Part shown: piece after piece, positions 46,337-62,300 of the stretch
Position numbering within the stretch: position 1 is the first letter of the stretch
Layout of the letters: each line of letters starts with the position of its first letter
Assembly (NCBI GenBank): GCA_964035545.1
Contig: OZ037766.1
Span: 496,001 to 560,000 of the forward strand
Length of the DNA stretch: 64,000 nucleotides
Origin: Bugula neritina
Taxonomy: Eukaryota; Animalia; Bryozoa
Direction of reading: 5' to 3'
Notes under the pieces: generated by a model
The model's input: the letters and a program-made list of their open reading frames with translations, nothing else
Databases searched by the model: none
Told to the model about the DNA's origin: nothing
Position numbers and translations under genes: made by a program

Positions 46337-49300
46337 ATGGCAGCAACAACAGCACCTCTGTATGATACAGTTAGAGATATCAACTCACCTGCTACTGTAC
46401 CTGAGAATTACTCTGCCAGACTCATGTATTACTTGGACTGTAAGCATTGCTTCTCAGAACTTAGTTAATTTAGAATGGGGAATTTATTTATAATCAAAGA
46501 AGTTAAGTTAAGATTGAAGTTGCATTTCTGTTTACTTTTCAAAATGTTTGCAATATAGTGTGCTGTGTAATGTAATGTATATAGTAACGTGTTGTGCAAA
46601 ACAATGTATATATAACAATGTATACGATGCATTATGCTGTGTAATAAGTGCACTACTGTATTTATCAATTTGAATTGTATTAAATTATATTACATGTCAT
46701 ATTGATTTAATTTGTTCCAAGTCTGTACTGTAAAGTTACACTTACTATAATACAGGTATATGCAGTATAGTTGAAATGGAATATGAACCCAAATTGAGAC
46801 GTCTGAGAGACTATGAGAACTGGGACTCACTCTCATTGGCTGAGAAGTCAGAACTGATTAAACTCTGTGAGAGATTACATCCAAGGGAATTGGAGAGTAT
46901 GCATTATCATCTATGAGTAAATTGGATATAAGTTTTATATCTAGTTAAATTGAACATGTAAATTATAAGTATATTGAGTTTTGACATTTTAAATTAAAAT
47001 AAAAACAAACAATGTGTTTATAGATACTCTAAGTCTATAATGAACATGAATTGATAATAGGATGAAATTATACGATGATATTCAGTGCAGGAATCAGTTT
47101 AAGTTTTGCTGTTTCACAGAGAAAATACAGGCAAAGTTCTATTAAATACAAATACATACAGTCACTTATTAAGTTTGGTTTACAATGATCACAAAATTAA
47201 ATAATTATCATAAAACAAGTACACTAATTGTAACTCAGATGTTAAAACAAAATAACTGCTATTGAATATGTCAGGTGAAAACTGTGTTAAATATTATAGA
47301 TGTACTTTTATTGATTGAGTCCTTTACTGTTGTTATAATTACAAAATGCATGATTTCTTTTCGGTTTTGACAAAAACATAAACAAATGATGGCCATGAGC
47401 GTAAAGTGCCTATAGAATTGTAAAATTGGAGAAAACCTTTCTTATATAACAGCTGAAGGCAGTGGTGATGTACACCTTATAGAAGTTATTTTTATGTTTT
47501 GGCTTGTTTTTCAGATGTTTTATTTTAGAGCATCAGAGAGTGTTTATAGTTGGTGGAATAAAAACTGGTTTTGGAAACCATTTCTCAAGGATCAGTTCAA
47601 GTAAAACAGGAAGGAAGAGAAAGATCATGGTTTGTGATGACCAGTGGTTGAGTGAGAACTACTATGGAGCATTGGAGAGACTGGGTGAGAGATTATATTG
47701 TACTATCCTAGTATAATATTACCCTACACAAGTGTTATATGTATAAGAAAATATAGTATATATGTCTGATAGAACTACAATAATAATGTAATGTTGAGTT
47801 AACCCAGCAGCCTCTGTGGTGTATCCATTTTATCTGTTTTACTTCAGAAAAAAAATCCGAGAATGAGAAGGGAGCCGAGCCTCCAAGTACAAACTCAGAT
47901 CAATCTGGTAAGATACGGTAGACTAAAGCTAAACAGCCTTATATGAACTTATAGTATACTGAGCTATTAATAGCTATAGTTACTTATCAAATCTATTTTT
48001 AGTAGGAACAGTGTTTCGAAAGTATATAGCAAACAAGGGGTTGAGTGAAACAATTTATAAAGCCTGATTTAGCTTTATATAATTATAAATATTAGCTTTA
48101 GAAGAACTGAGTAAGATATTATACTAGCTATAATCCGTTGCGTTAGGTATATCAAGTAACTTCTGAAATCTCAAATTATAAGAGTAAGAATCTCGCTGGC
48201 CTGCTTGCACCATGACCTAATTCATGTGTTTTAATTTACATATCTTATTTAGATATTACTGAAATGAATGCATTTAAAAACAGTTCTTCCGCTAACGAAT
48301 TATTTTAGTTTATTTTCAAGGCACTTTTAGTTCGAAAATTGACTACATCATGCATGGAATATTGAAAGTAGCCAGTTATCTGTATCAACATATGATATGA
48401 GTAAAACATAAATAGAATGTGATTCTTATAAGATTACATTACTGAGATACTAAGAGCAAAACATTTGATCCACACTGGTGCATTTTAATCTATTTTTTAA
48501 CCATAAAATCTCTCTCTATATATATGGGCAGAAGTATTGCATGAGTTGTATAATAATTGAGGTATGCTTTTAAACTCGGTGCTTATAACTAAAATTCTTT
48601 GAAACTTAAATATTGCTGTAACAGCTTGCATGAATAATTTCCAGACTCTTTTTAAAACTAAAACTATATATATTTTATATATTTACTTACATTGACAGCA
48701 GATTATTAGGGGATAATAACTTGGTTATTTGGAAACCAAAATGCAGTAACTTAAAGTTTATTCATATTTCAAAATGCCGGAATCTCTTTAAATGCATTCA
48801 GTATATTATGTTTATGTATTTAAATGTACATTTTGATGTGTTGAGTTTACCCAACAGCCCCTGTGGTGTAATTGGTTATAGCCGCTGCTTGCAAGCAGCG
48901 GCTATAACCACCAATTACACCACAGGAGCTGCTGGGTAAACTCAATAGGGGTAAGCTAGGGGGGGGGGGGCACAACGGTCATAGGGGTACAAAAAGCCGG
49001 CCAAATTGTGAGAGAACTTATTGACTTAGAGTTGTGATTTTTTTTCACAAAAAGATATTGACATAATTATTCAGTCTTTGTAGTTTCAACACTTGCGGAA
49101 CATACGTGTTGAAAAGGCGAGTAAAAAACTGTTTTTACCTACTTTTTGTAAATCTTTTAGGATGACGTTAAAGCTTTATAACTGTTTACGCTCAAAGGCA
49201 AGAAGCCTATATTTTACTAATGTTGTTGCCATTGCTTGTCTCTACATTGCTTAACTAGTATAACAGCAAACACTGAAATAAATTTTCTTTGAGGCACATT

Positions 49301-52300
49301 TACTTTTAATTTGGCCAAGCCGGGCACAATGGGCCACCTGTTTATTGCACCCTAATCACTGTTATTAGTTTGTTTGTCTAAAAAGTTCATTGAAATGTTA
49401 CTAAAATCTATAGATATAGCCATTTCTAACCTTTTTGTTTTAATATCAAAGCCATCATGGTAAGAGTACAAAACTACAAGTTGAAGCTCCCCTAATATAT
49501 ACATCTGGTGAGGTTATAGCTTTGCCATTTTATACATAATACAAAACACTCTGCTGTTGCTACTAGTGGATAGTCATGATAATCATTATATATTGCACTA
49601 TTGAGGGAATATAGATGTATTTGACTGAAATAAATTGTGATTTGCTCATTTGCTTCCCCCTCTTCCTTACGTACTCCAGTCACAAACCTCAGCCATGCAC
49701 CTTAGCTACAGTTCATAGAAAAAAGACCACTCAAAATTTTGTAGTACATGTTACTAAAGTTTTTTTTTTAATAAACGTTCCTCTGAAGTGAAAATAACAG
49801 AACATTTTTAGTTCTAAACAGCAATGATAATGGCACTGCAGAACCGAGTGACGTGCGTTTGATTTTGCCTTCCTCTGCTATCCGTAGTGGCACAAACTGT
49901 ACAGCTAAAACATGAATTTTGCTGTAGATTTGAAAGAATATTTTTATTTCTTTGTAATCTTAAATAAACAAAGATTAGATGTAAAAAAATACGCAAAATT
50001 TTAATATGTTTGCTGTGTCCCACCCATTGGCTCATGGTACCGAGGTACTGGGGCACAATGGGCCAATTTTTTCGTCATGAAAATTTCATTATTCTGAAAG
50101 TTGTGGGAGAGATAGAAACAACAAACTGATACCTGTAATAGACAACAGATGCAGCATTAAGACTATAGATTATTGAACTAGTAACTTAAAAAACAGACGA
50201 ATGAGAGCAACAAATGCAAAATTCGGCCCCTTGTGCCCCCCCCTCGTTACCCCTACTACAACATATTTGAGTTATTCTCTTAATATTAAAAGGCAAACAT
50301 ACCCAATTATAATGCTTTAAAGATGTGCATTTCAAATTCCATAAATTAGTTACATAATTGTCATTTGATGGATTACAATCTACAAAAATATGCTATAGTA
50401 GGATATCTTATGACACATGGATTCGCTATAATATTTTACAGTATATATATTATTATAATATGTTTTATATAACGTACTTTACAGAAGAGCAGGTTCTATT
50501 TCCTTCGTTTATTACAGGAAAGGAAATCAATGAAACTGAGTCTCCTGAGCCTCCAAGTACAAACTTAAGTCAGTCTGGTAAGTTATGACAAACTAGAAAT
50601 AACCAAGGTTATATGTAAGCTTATAATAATATAGTGCTACAAAGTTGGTTATTTAGTTGTTTTGGTTACTCTTTTGATTAAGAAAAAAATCACTTTTACT
50701 CTTTTAATTACTTAAGTTGTTAGTAGACACAGCAAACAAAGTTTTCTAAAATTGAGTGAAGATATTTATTGAATGCTAATCAAATTTGAGCAAAATATGT
50801 TTTAATTGTGCCAATTAGTTAAATTGGCAAAAGTTCTAATAATCAGGGCAGAGCAATAAGATTTCCTACAATTCATAATCTATTATTACATTAGTTGCAG
50901 GTAATTGCGGCAGGTGGTTGTGGCAGATGGTTGTGGCAGGTGGTTGTAGCAGGTGGTTGTGGCAGGTGGTTGTAGCAGGTGTATGTAGCAGGTGGTTGTA
51001 TCAGGTGGTTGTGGCACCATGTCTTTACACAGAACTTTCAATTTATCAAAACAGTTTTTAGGCACAAAAACATTTTGAAAAACTTCAAGTAGTTATAAAC
51101 TGTAATATTGATATACTCCTATTATAAAAGACCTTTATTGCCGCCATTTGCTCATATGACACAAGCTTATACCAGCTGCTGACAATGACTAACATAACTT
51201 TTGTAAGCACAAAGATGAACTTTGAATACATAATATATTGTTTTAAAACTGTACTCAACAAAGCCAAATAACAAAATCAGAACTTATGTAATTGAATAAC
51301 TACTTTGTCAATATTACCTGAAGTTTACTTGAAGGGAATGTTGCCTGGATGACGCTTGACGATTTTTCTGTTGGTGATGTCGCTGTTGCTGTTGCCAAAA
51401 CTGCTTTTAAAACGACCATTGAAACAGAAAGTGCACTAGTAGCAACTGGTGCGGCAGCTTTTGGAACTGCTGCTACAGCATTTGTAGTACTTGGTTATCC
51501 TGAGAAAGTAATTTGTGAAATAGTCACTTGGATGACATCTACACACAAGGGTACTTAACATATATTTTCATAAATAGTGTCACCCATTAGTGTTAGTATA
51601 TTCTGATATTTTCAGAGAGAGTTGAGTATTCAGAGTGTCAGTCTTCATGCATGGCAGTACCTTGCATAGCTTTTCTTAAATACTGAAGGAAATTAGGCCT
51701 AAACCAGACATAATTGTGTTTATTGTAGAAGAAGAACAAAGGAAAGAGCGAGAAAAAAGAGACCAGCTAGGTAAATATAGCTTATATTCTAGTATCAATT
51801 ATATAAAATGTTTATATGCACTATATTGCTGCCGCAGCTATTCTATATGCGTAATCTCTCCATGGTATCTAAAGGAACAGAAATCAGCTGCTTTATAACT
51901 TCATGGTTGTAGAAAAAGAGAGGCAAGAAAAAGAACAAGAACAGAAACACCTGGAAGGTATGTTTAAGGTTATTAGCAATACTTTCTAACAAGATGAGGT
52001 TTTAAAAACTCAAGGTCTAAAATCAGCAAGTTATAGTTCAACTCACAACCAGTGCAAGTGAATTTTTGGTTATTGAAATTTAACAAAAGTTGTCAACTGA
52101 TTTAAAGTTATTCTTCTTTACTAAATTACTATTCACCTAAAAACAATCAAATTAAAGCAATATGCTTACATGAGCAAAATATACATTATTTTTTCATTAT
52201 ATGTTTGGTAAAAACTGCATATATGCAGTTTTTATATAATAATTATAGACCAGTTTCAAAATTTTCAAAAAGTAATGTGCAAACTACTTTACTCATACTG

Positions 52301-52628
52301 AAGCATAGAATTTAATGCACTTTAAAATTTAACCACAAATGTTTTTCAAAAAAAACCTGTTTAATGATATTACCTATAAAGCAGTTTTCACACCTCAATT
52401 TGGTAATCTCTGATGATATAGATGTATAGCAGTATAAGGAAGATGTTCACTAACTAGAGTTAAGGAGCAATTAATGTATATGGTATTGTTAGAAAATGAA
52501 TCTGCTCATTATTATTATTATTACGCAACATAACTTTAGTTGCTGCAGTTATAATTGCAGAGGAAAGAGAACGCCAAAGGATGGAGGCAGAAAACCGATC
52601 TAGAAGACGAAATAACAAGTGTTTGTGA
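46337..52628 (+). CDS. Uncharacterised family gene C; exons 46337-46439, 46756-46896, 47529-47684, 47848-47907, 50518-50577, 51335-51550, 51729-51770, 51913-51957, 52561-52628
   Basis: MAATTAPLYDTVRDINSPATVPENYSARLMYYLDCICSIVEMEYEPKLRRLRDYENW...; duplicated linker exon; Ala-rich exon ending WMTSTHK; three phase-1 E/K/R/Q-rich exons ending RSRRRNNKCL*. Confidence 0.78.
48841..48945. repeat. Near-perfect 105-bp palindrome
   Basis: ttgagtttacccaacagcccctgtggtgtaattggttatagccgctgcttg|caagcagcggctataaccaccaattacaccacaggagctgctgggtaaactcaa. Confidence 0.92.
48948..50253. mobile_element. Non-autonomous DNA transposon with TA target duplication (Tc1/mariner/pogo class)
   Basis: TA|GGGGTAAG..GGGGGGGCACAA ... 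TTGTGCCCCCCC..GTTACCCC|TA; internal repeats gggcacaatgggcca at ~49322 and ~50051. Confidence 0.8.
50905..51016. repeat. 14-bp-class tandem repeat
   Basis: gcaggtggttgt(g/a) repeated ~8 times. Confidence 0.85.
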
Positions 52629-53316
52629 AAGACTAACAGCAGGCTGTCTTAAATAATACTTTACATATTCCTATAAAATATAAATACATTATACTGCAAA
52701 CATACATATACTACATTTTTATTACACTTATAGCAAATAAATAAATTATAAAAATTTAAAAATATCCTATCTTGTAGTAATAGTTGACAGATGTTTTCCC
52801 CACTCCCCCCCCACAATTAAAAATTACACAAACACGCAAAAACACGCAAAAACACTCACAAACAAGCACAAAAACACACAAACACACACAAACACACACA
52901 AACACACTCAAACACACATATATATAAGACATCAGTAGGGGTTTCCATGAGCACACACAAGCAATATAGTAAACATTTCACTTATCCATTCAAATAATAA
53001 TTTCAAGAAATGCCTAATCTTTGCACTTGAAACTAACATGGACTGTATACATGAAAACTATGATTTCAAAGGCACCATATTATACTAACAATGTAGCAGC
53101 ATACACTAACAGGCAGCAGTTATTAATACAAGAAAGCTCTATTTCATATGCGAAAGGAAAGTTATAAAATTCTTTTGTTGTTTTTATAACTTTGAAAGAA
53201 TGATTTCGAGTTTACAAAAGACATGTTAACAACAGCTGGTTGTATACAATAAACTAACAGTAACTAGTTGAGAAAGTGTATCCAATGCATTATTGGAGTC
53301 TTCAGAGCTGAACTAC

Positions 53317-56300
53317 AGTATATATAATAGTAAGTATAGAGTATATATAGTAGTAAGTATAGAGTATATATAGTAGTAAGTATATACAGTAGATATAGTA
53401 GTAAGTATATACAGTAGATATAGTAGTAAGTATAGAGTATATATACTAGTAAGTATAGAGTATATATAATAGTAAGTATAGAGTATATATAGTAGTAAGT
53501 ATAGAGTATATATAGTAGTAAGTATATACAGTAGATATAGTAGTAAGTATATACAGTAGATATAGTAGTAAGTATATACAGTAGATATAGTAGTAAGTAT
53601 AGAGTATATATAATAGTGAGTATAGAGTAGATATAATAGTAAGTATACAGTATATATAATAGTAAGTATACAGTATATATAATAGTAAGTATAGAGTATA
53701 TATAGTAGTAAGTATAGAGTATATATAGTAGTAAGTATATACAGTATATATATAGTAGTAAGTATATACAGTAGATATAGTAGTAAGTATATACAGTATA
53801 TATATAGTAGTGAGTATAGAGTATATATAATAGTAAGTATAGAGTATATATAATAGTAAGTATAGAGTATATATAATAGTAAGTATAGAGTATATATAAT
53901 AGTAAGTATAGAGTATATATAGTAGTAAGTATAGAGTATATATATAGTAGTAAGTATAGAGTATATATAATAGTAAGTATAGAGTATATATAATAGTAAG
54001 TATAGAGTATATATAATATAGTAAGTATACAGTATATATAATAGTAAGTATACAGTATATATAATAGTAAGTATAGAGTATATATAGTAGTAAGTATAGA
54101 GTATATATAGTAGTAAGTATATACAGTATATATATAGTAGTAAGTATATACAGTAGATATAGTAGTAAGTATATACAGTATATATATAGTAGTGAGTATA
54201 GAGTATATATAATAGTAAGTATAGAGTATATATAATAGTAAGTATAGAGTATATATAATAGTAAGTATAGAGTATATATAATATAGTAAGTATACAGTAT
54301 ATATAACAGTAAGTGTATAGTATATATAATAGTAAGTATAGAGTATATATAATAGTGAGTATATAGTATATATAATAGTAAGTATAGAGTATATATAATA
54401 GTAAGTATAGAGTATATATAATAGTAAGTATAGAGTATATATAGTAGTAAGTATATAGTATATATAACAGTAAGTATAGAGTATATATAATAGTAAGTAT
54501 AGAGTATATATAATAGTAAGTATAGAGTATATATAATAGTAAGTATAGAGTATATATAGTAGTAAGTATATACAGTATATATATAGTAGTAAGTATATAC
54601 AGTAGATATAGTAGTAAGTATATACAGTATATATATAGTAGTGAGTATAGAGTATATATAATAGTAAGTATATAGTATATATAATAGTAAGTATAGAGTA
54701 TATATAATAGTAAGTATAGAGTATATATAGTAGTAAGTATAGAGTATATATAATAGTGAGTATAGAGTATATATAATAGTAAGTATAGAGTATATATAGT
54801 AGTGAGTATAGAGTAGATATAATAGTAAGTATAGAGTATATATAATAGTAAGTATACAGTATATATACTAGTAAGTATAGAGTATATATAATAGTAAGTA
54901 TAGAGTATATATAATAGTGAGTATAGAGTATATATAATAGTAAGTATAGAGTATATATAGTAGTAAGTATATACAGTATATATAACAGTAAGTATAGAGT
55001 ATATATAATAGTAAGTATAGAGTATATATAGTAGTAAGTATATACAGTATATATAATAGTAAGTATAGAGTATATATAATAGTAAGTATAGAGTATATAT
55101 AATAGTAAGTATAGAGTATATATATAGTAGTAAGTATAGAGTATATATAGTAGTAAGTATAGAGTATATATAATAGTAAGTATATAGTATATATAACAGT
55201 AAGTATAGAGTATATATAATAGTAAGTATAGAGTATATATAGTAGTAAGTATAGAGTATATATAATAGTAAGTATAGAGTATATATAATAGTAAGTATAG
55301 AGTATATATAATAGTAAGTATAGAGTATATATAATAGTAAGTATAGAGTATATATAATAGTAAGTATAGAGTATATATATAGTAGTAAGTATAGAGTATA
55401 TATAATAGTAAGTATAGAGTATATATAGTAGTAAGTATAGAGTATATATATAGTAGTAAGTATAGAGTATATATAATAGTAAGTATAGAGTATATATAGT
55501 AGTAAGTATATAGTATATATAATAGTAAGTATAGAGTATATATAGTAGTAAGTATAGAGTATATATAATAGTAAGTATACAGTATATATACTAGTAAGTA
55601 TAGAGTATATATAATAGTAAGTATAGAGTATATATAATAGTGAGTATAGAGTATATATAATAGTAAGTATAGAGTATATATAGTAGTAAGTATATACAGT
55701 ATATATAACAGTAAGTATAGAGTATATATAATAGTAAGTATAGAGTATATATAGTAGTAAGTATATACAGTATATATAATAGTAAGTATAGAGTATATAT
55801 AATAGTAAGTATAGAGTATATATAATAGTAAGTATAGAGTATATATATAGTAGTAAGTATAGAGTATATATAGTAGTAAGTATAGAGTATATATAATAGT
55901 AAGTATATAGTATATATAACAGTAAGTATAGAGTATATATAACAGTAAGTATAGAGTATATATAATAGTAAGTATAGAGTATATATAGTAGTAAGTATAT
56001 ACAGTATATATAACAGTAAGTATAGAGTATATATAATAGTAAGTATATAGTATATATAATAGTAAGTATACAGTATATATAATAGTAAGTATAGAGTATA
56101 TATAATAGTAAGTATAGAGTATATATAATAGTAAGTATAGAGTATATATAGTAGTAAGTATAGAGTATATATAATAGTAAGTATAGAGTATATATAATAG
56201 TAAGTATATAGTATATATAATAGTAAGTATAGAGTATATAATAGTAAGTATATAGTATATATAATAGTAAGTATATAGTATATATAATAGTAAGTATAGA

Positions 56301-59300
56301 GTATATATAACAGTAAGTATAGAGTATATATACTAGTAAGTATATAGTATATATATACTAGTAAGTATACAGTATATATAGTAGTAAGTATAGAGTATAT
56401 ATAATAGTAAGTATAGAGTATATATAATAGTAAGTATAGAGTATATATAACAGTAAGTATAGAGTATATATAATAGTAAGTATAGAGTATATATAATAGT
56501 AAGTATAGAGTATATATAATAGTAAGTATAGAGTATATGTAATAGTAAGTATAGAGTATATATAATAGTAAGTATAGAGTATATATAGTAGTAAGTATAG
56601 AGTATATATACTAGTAAGTATAGAGTATATATAATAGTAAGTATACAGTAGATATAATAGTAAGTATAGAGTATATATAATAGTAAGTATAGAGTATATA
56701 TAATAGTAAGTATAGAATATATATAGTAGTAAGTATAGAGTATATATAATAGTAAGTATAGAGTATATATAACAGTAAGTATAGAGTATATATAATAGTA
56801 AGTATACAGTATATATAGTAAGTATAGAGTATATATAGTAGTAAGTATAGAGTATATATAATAGTAAGTATAGAGTATATATAATAGTAAGTATAGAGTA
56901 TATATAGTAGTGAGTATAGAGTATATATAATAGTAAGTATAGAGTATATATAATAGTAAGTATAGAGTATATATAGTAGTAAGTATAGAGTATATATAAT
57001 AGTAAGTATAGAGTATATATAATAGTAAGTATAGAGTATATATAACAGTAAGTATACAGTATATATAATAGTAAGTATACAGTATATATATAGTAGTGAG
57101 TATATAGTATATATAATAGTAAGTATAGAGTATATATAATAGTAAGTATAGAGTATATATAATAGTAAGTATAGAGTATATATAATAGTAAGTATAGAGT
57201 ATATATAGTAGTAAGTATAGAGTATATATAATAGTAAGTATACAGTATATATAATAGTAAGTATACAGTATATATAATAGTAAGTATAGAGTATATATAA
57301 TAGTAAGTATAGAGTATATATAATAGTAAGTATAGAGTATATATAGTAGTAAGTATAGAGTATATATAATAGTAAGTATAGAGTATATATAATAGTAAGT
57401 ATAGAGTATATATAATAGTAAGTATAGAGTATATATAGTAGTAAGTATAGAGTATATATAGTAGTGAGTATAGAGTATATATAATAGTAAGTATAGAGTA
57501 TATATAATAGTAAGTATAGAGTATATATAGTAGTAAGTATAGAGTATATATAATAGTAAGTATAGAGTATATATAATAGTAAGTATAGAGTATATATAAC
57601 AGTAAGTATACAGTATATATAATAGTAAGTATACAGTATATATATAGTAGTGAGTATATAGTATATATAATAGTAAGTATACAGTATATATAATAGTAAG
57701 TATAGAGTATATATAGTAGTAAGTATAGAGTATATATAATAGTAAGTATAGAGTATATATAATAGTAAGTATAGAGTATATATAATAGTAAGTATAGAGT
57801 ATATATAATAGTAAGTATAGAGTATATATAATAGTAAGTATACAGTATATATAATAGTAAGTATACAGTATATATAGTAGTAAGTATAGAGTATATATAG
57901 TAGTAAGTATAGAGTATATATAATAGTAAGTATAGAGTATATATAACAGTAAGTATAGAGTATATATAATAGTAAGTATAGAGTATATATAGTAGTAAGT
58001 ATAGAGTATATATAGTAGTAAGTATATACAGTAGATATAGTAGTAAGTATATACAGTAGATATAGTAGTAAGTATATACAGTAGATATAGTAGTAAGTAT
58101 AGAGTATATATAATAGTGAGTATAGAGTAGATATAATAGTAAGTATACAGTATATATAATAGTAAGTATACAGTATATATAATAGTAAGTATAGAGTATA
58201 TATAGTAGTAAGTATAGAGTATATATAGTAGTAAGTATATACAGTATATATATAGTAGTAAGTATATACAGTAGATATAGTAGTAAGTATATACAGTATA
58301 TATATAGTAGTGAGTATAGAGTATATATAATAGTAAGTATAGAGTATATATAATAGTAAGTATAGAGTATATATAATAGTAAGTATAGAGTATATATAAT
58401 AGTAAGTATAGAGTATATATAGTAGTAAGTATAGAGTATATATATAGTAGTAAGTATAGAGTATATATAATAGTAAGTATAGAGTATATATAATAGTAAG
58501 TATAGAGTATATATAATATAGTAAGTATACAGTATATATAATAGTAAGTATACAGTATATATAATAGTAAGTATAGAGTATATATAGTAGTAAGTATAGA
58601 GTATATATAGTAGTAAGTATATACAGTATATATATAGTAGTAAGTATATACAGTAGATATAGTAGTAAGTATATACAGTATATATATAGTAGTGAGTATA
58701 GAGTATATATAATAGTAAGTATAGAGTATATATAATAGTAAGTATAGAGTATATATAATAGTAAGTATAGAGTATATATAATATAGTAAGTATACAGTAT
58801 ATATAACAGTAAGTGTATAGTATATATAATAGTAAGTATAGAGTATATATAATAGTGAGTATATAGTATATATAATAGTAAGTATAGAGTATATATAATA
58901 GTAAGTATAGAGTATATATAATAGTAAGTATAGAGTATATATAGTAGTAAGTATATAGTATATATAACAGTAAGTATAGAGTATATATAATAGTAAGTAT
59001 AGAGTATATATAATAGTAAGTATAGAGTATATATAATAGTAAGTATAGAGTATATATAGTAGTAAGTATATACAGTATATATATAGTAGTAAGTATATAC
59101 AGTAGATATAGTAGTAAGTATATACAGTATATATATAGTAGTGAGTATAGAGTATATATAATAGTAAGTATATAGTATATATAATAGTAAGTATAGAGTA
59201 TATATAATAGTAAGTATAGAGTATATATAGTAGTAAGTATAGAGTATATATAATAGTGAGTATAGAGTATATATAATAGTAAGTATAGAGTATATATAGT

Positions 59301-62300
59301 AGTGAGTATAGAGTAGATATAATAGTAAGTATAGAGTATATATAATAGTAAGTATACAGTATATATACTAGTAAGTATAGAGTATATATAATAGTAAGTA
59401 TAGAGTATATATAATAGTGAGTATAGAGTATATATAATAGTAAGTATAGGGTATATATAGTAGTAAGTATATACAGTATATATAACAGTAAGTATAGAGT
59501 ATATATAATAGTAAGTATAGAGTATATATAGTAGTAAGTATATACAGTATATATAATAGTAAGTATAGAGTATATATAATAGTAAGTATAGAGTATATAT
59601 AATAGTAAGTATAGAGTATATATATAGTAGTAAGTATAGAGTATATATAGTAGTAAGTATAGAGTATATATAATAGTAAGTATATAGTATATATAATAGT
59701 AAGTATAGAGTATATATAGTAGTAAGTATATACAGTATATATAATAGTAAGTATAGAGTATATATAATAGTAAGTATAGAGTATATATAATAGTAAGTAT
59801 AGAGTATATATATAGTAGTAAGTATAGAGTATATATAGTAGTAAGTATAGAGTATATATAATAGTAAGTATATAGTATATATAACAGTAAGTATAGAGTA
59901 TATATAATAGTAAGTATAGAGTATATATAATAGTAAGTATAGAGTATATATAATAGTAAGTATAGAGTATATATAATAGTAAGTATAGAGTATATATAAT
60001 AGTAAGTATAGAGTATATATATAGTAGTAAGTATAGAGTATATATAATAGTAAGTATAGAGTATATATAGTAGTAAGTATAGAGTATATATATAGTAGTA
60101 AGTATAGAGTATATATAATAGTAAGTATAGAGTATATATAGTAGTAAGTATATAGTATATATAATAGTAAGTATAGAGTATATATAGTAGTAAGTATAGA
60201 GTATATATAATAGTAAGTATACAGTATATATACTAGTAAGTATAGAGTATATATAATAGTAAGTATAGAGTATATATAATAGTGAGTATAGAGTATATAT
60301 AATAGTAAGTATAGAGTATATATAGTAGTAAGTATATACAGTATATATAACAGTAAGTATAGAGTATATATAATAGTAAGTATAGAGTATATATAGTAGT
60401 AAGTATATACAGTATATATAATAGTAAGTATAGAGTATATATAATAGTAAGTATAGAGTATATATAATAGTAAGTATAGAGTATATATATAGTAGTAAGT
60501 ATAGAGTATATATAGTAGTAAGTATAGAGTATATATAATAGTAAGTATATAGTATATATAACAGTAAGTATAGAGTATATATAACAGTAAGTATAGAGTA
60601 TATATAATAGTAAGTATAGAGTATATATAGTAGTAAGTATATACAGTATATATAACAGTAAGTATAGAGTATATATAATAGTAAGTATATAGTATATATA
60701 ATAGTAAGTATACAGTATATATAATAGTAAGTATAGAGTATATATAATAGTAAGTATAGAGTATATATAATAGTAAGTATAGAGTATATATAGTAGTAAG
60801 TATAGAGTATATATAATAGTAAGTATACAGTATATATAATAGTAAGTATATAGTATATATAATAGTAAGTATAGAGTATATAATAGTAAGTATATAGTAT
60901 ATATAATAGTAAGTATATAGTATATATAATAGTAAGTATAGAGTATATATAACAGTAAGTATAGAGTATATATACTAGTAAGTATATAGTATATATACTA
61001 GTAAGTATACAGTATATATAGTAGTAAGTATAGAGTATATATAATAGTAAGTATAGAGTATATATAATAGTAAGTATAGAGTATATATAACAGTAAGTAT
61101 AGAGTATATATAATAGTAAGTATAGAGTATATATAATAGTAAGTATAGAGTATATATAATAGTAAGTATAGAGTATATGTAATAGTAAGTATAGAGTATA
61201 TATAATAGTAAGTATAGAGTATATATAGTAGTAAGTATAGAGTATATATACTAGTAAGTATAGAGTATATATAATAGTAAGTATACAGTAGATATAATAG
61301 TAAGTATAGAGTATATATAATAGTAAGTATAGAGTATATATAATAGTAAGTATAGAATATATATAGTAGTAAGTATAGAGTATATATAATAGTAAGTATA
61401 GAGTATATATAACAGTAAGTATAGAGTATATATAATAGTAAGTATACAGTATATATAGTAGTAAGTATAGAGTATATATAGTAGTAAGTATAGAGTATAT
61501 ATAATAGTAAGTATAGAGTATATATAATAGTAAGTATAGAGTATATATAGTAGTGAGTATAGAGTATATATAATAGTAAGTATAGAGTATATATAATAGT
61601 AAGTATAGAGTATATATAGTAGTAAGTATAGAGTATATATAATAGTAAGTATAGAGTATATATAATAGTAAGTATAGAGTATATATAACAGTAAGTATAC
61701 AGTATATATAATAGTAAGTATACAGTATATATATAGTAGTGAGTATATAGTATATATAATAGTAAGTATAGAGTATATATAATAGTAAGTATAGAGTATA
61801 TATAATAGTAAGTATAGAGTATATATAATAGTAAGTATAGAGTATATATAGTAGTAAGTATAGAGTATATATAATAGTAAGTATACAGTATATATAATAG
61901 TAAGTATACAGTATATATAATAGTAAGTATAGAGTATATATAATAGTAAGTATAGAGTATATATAATAGTAAGTATAGAGTATATATAGTAGTAAGTATA
62001 GAGTATATATAATAGTAAGTATAGAGTATATATAATAGTAAGTATAGAGTATATATAATAGTAAGTATAGAGTATATATAGTAGTAAGTATAGAGTATAT
62101 ATAGTAGTGAGTATAGAGTATATATAATAGTAAGTATAGAGTATATATAATAGTAAGTATAGAGTATATATAGTAGTAAGTATAGAGTATATATAATAGT
62201 AAGTATAGAGTATATATAATAGTAAGTATAGAGTATATATAACAGTAAGTATACAGTATATATAATAGTAAGTATACAGTATATATATAGTAGTGAGTAT

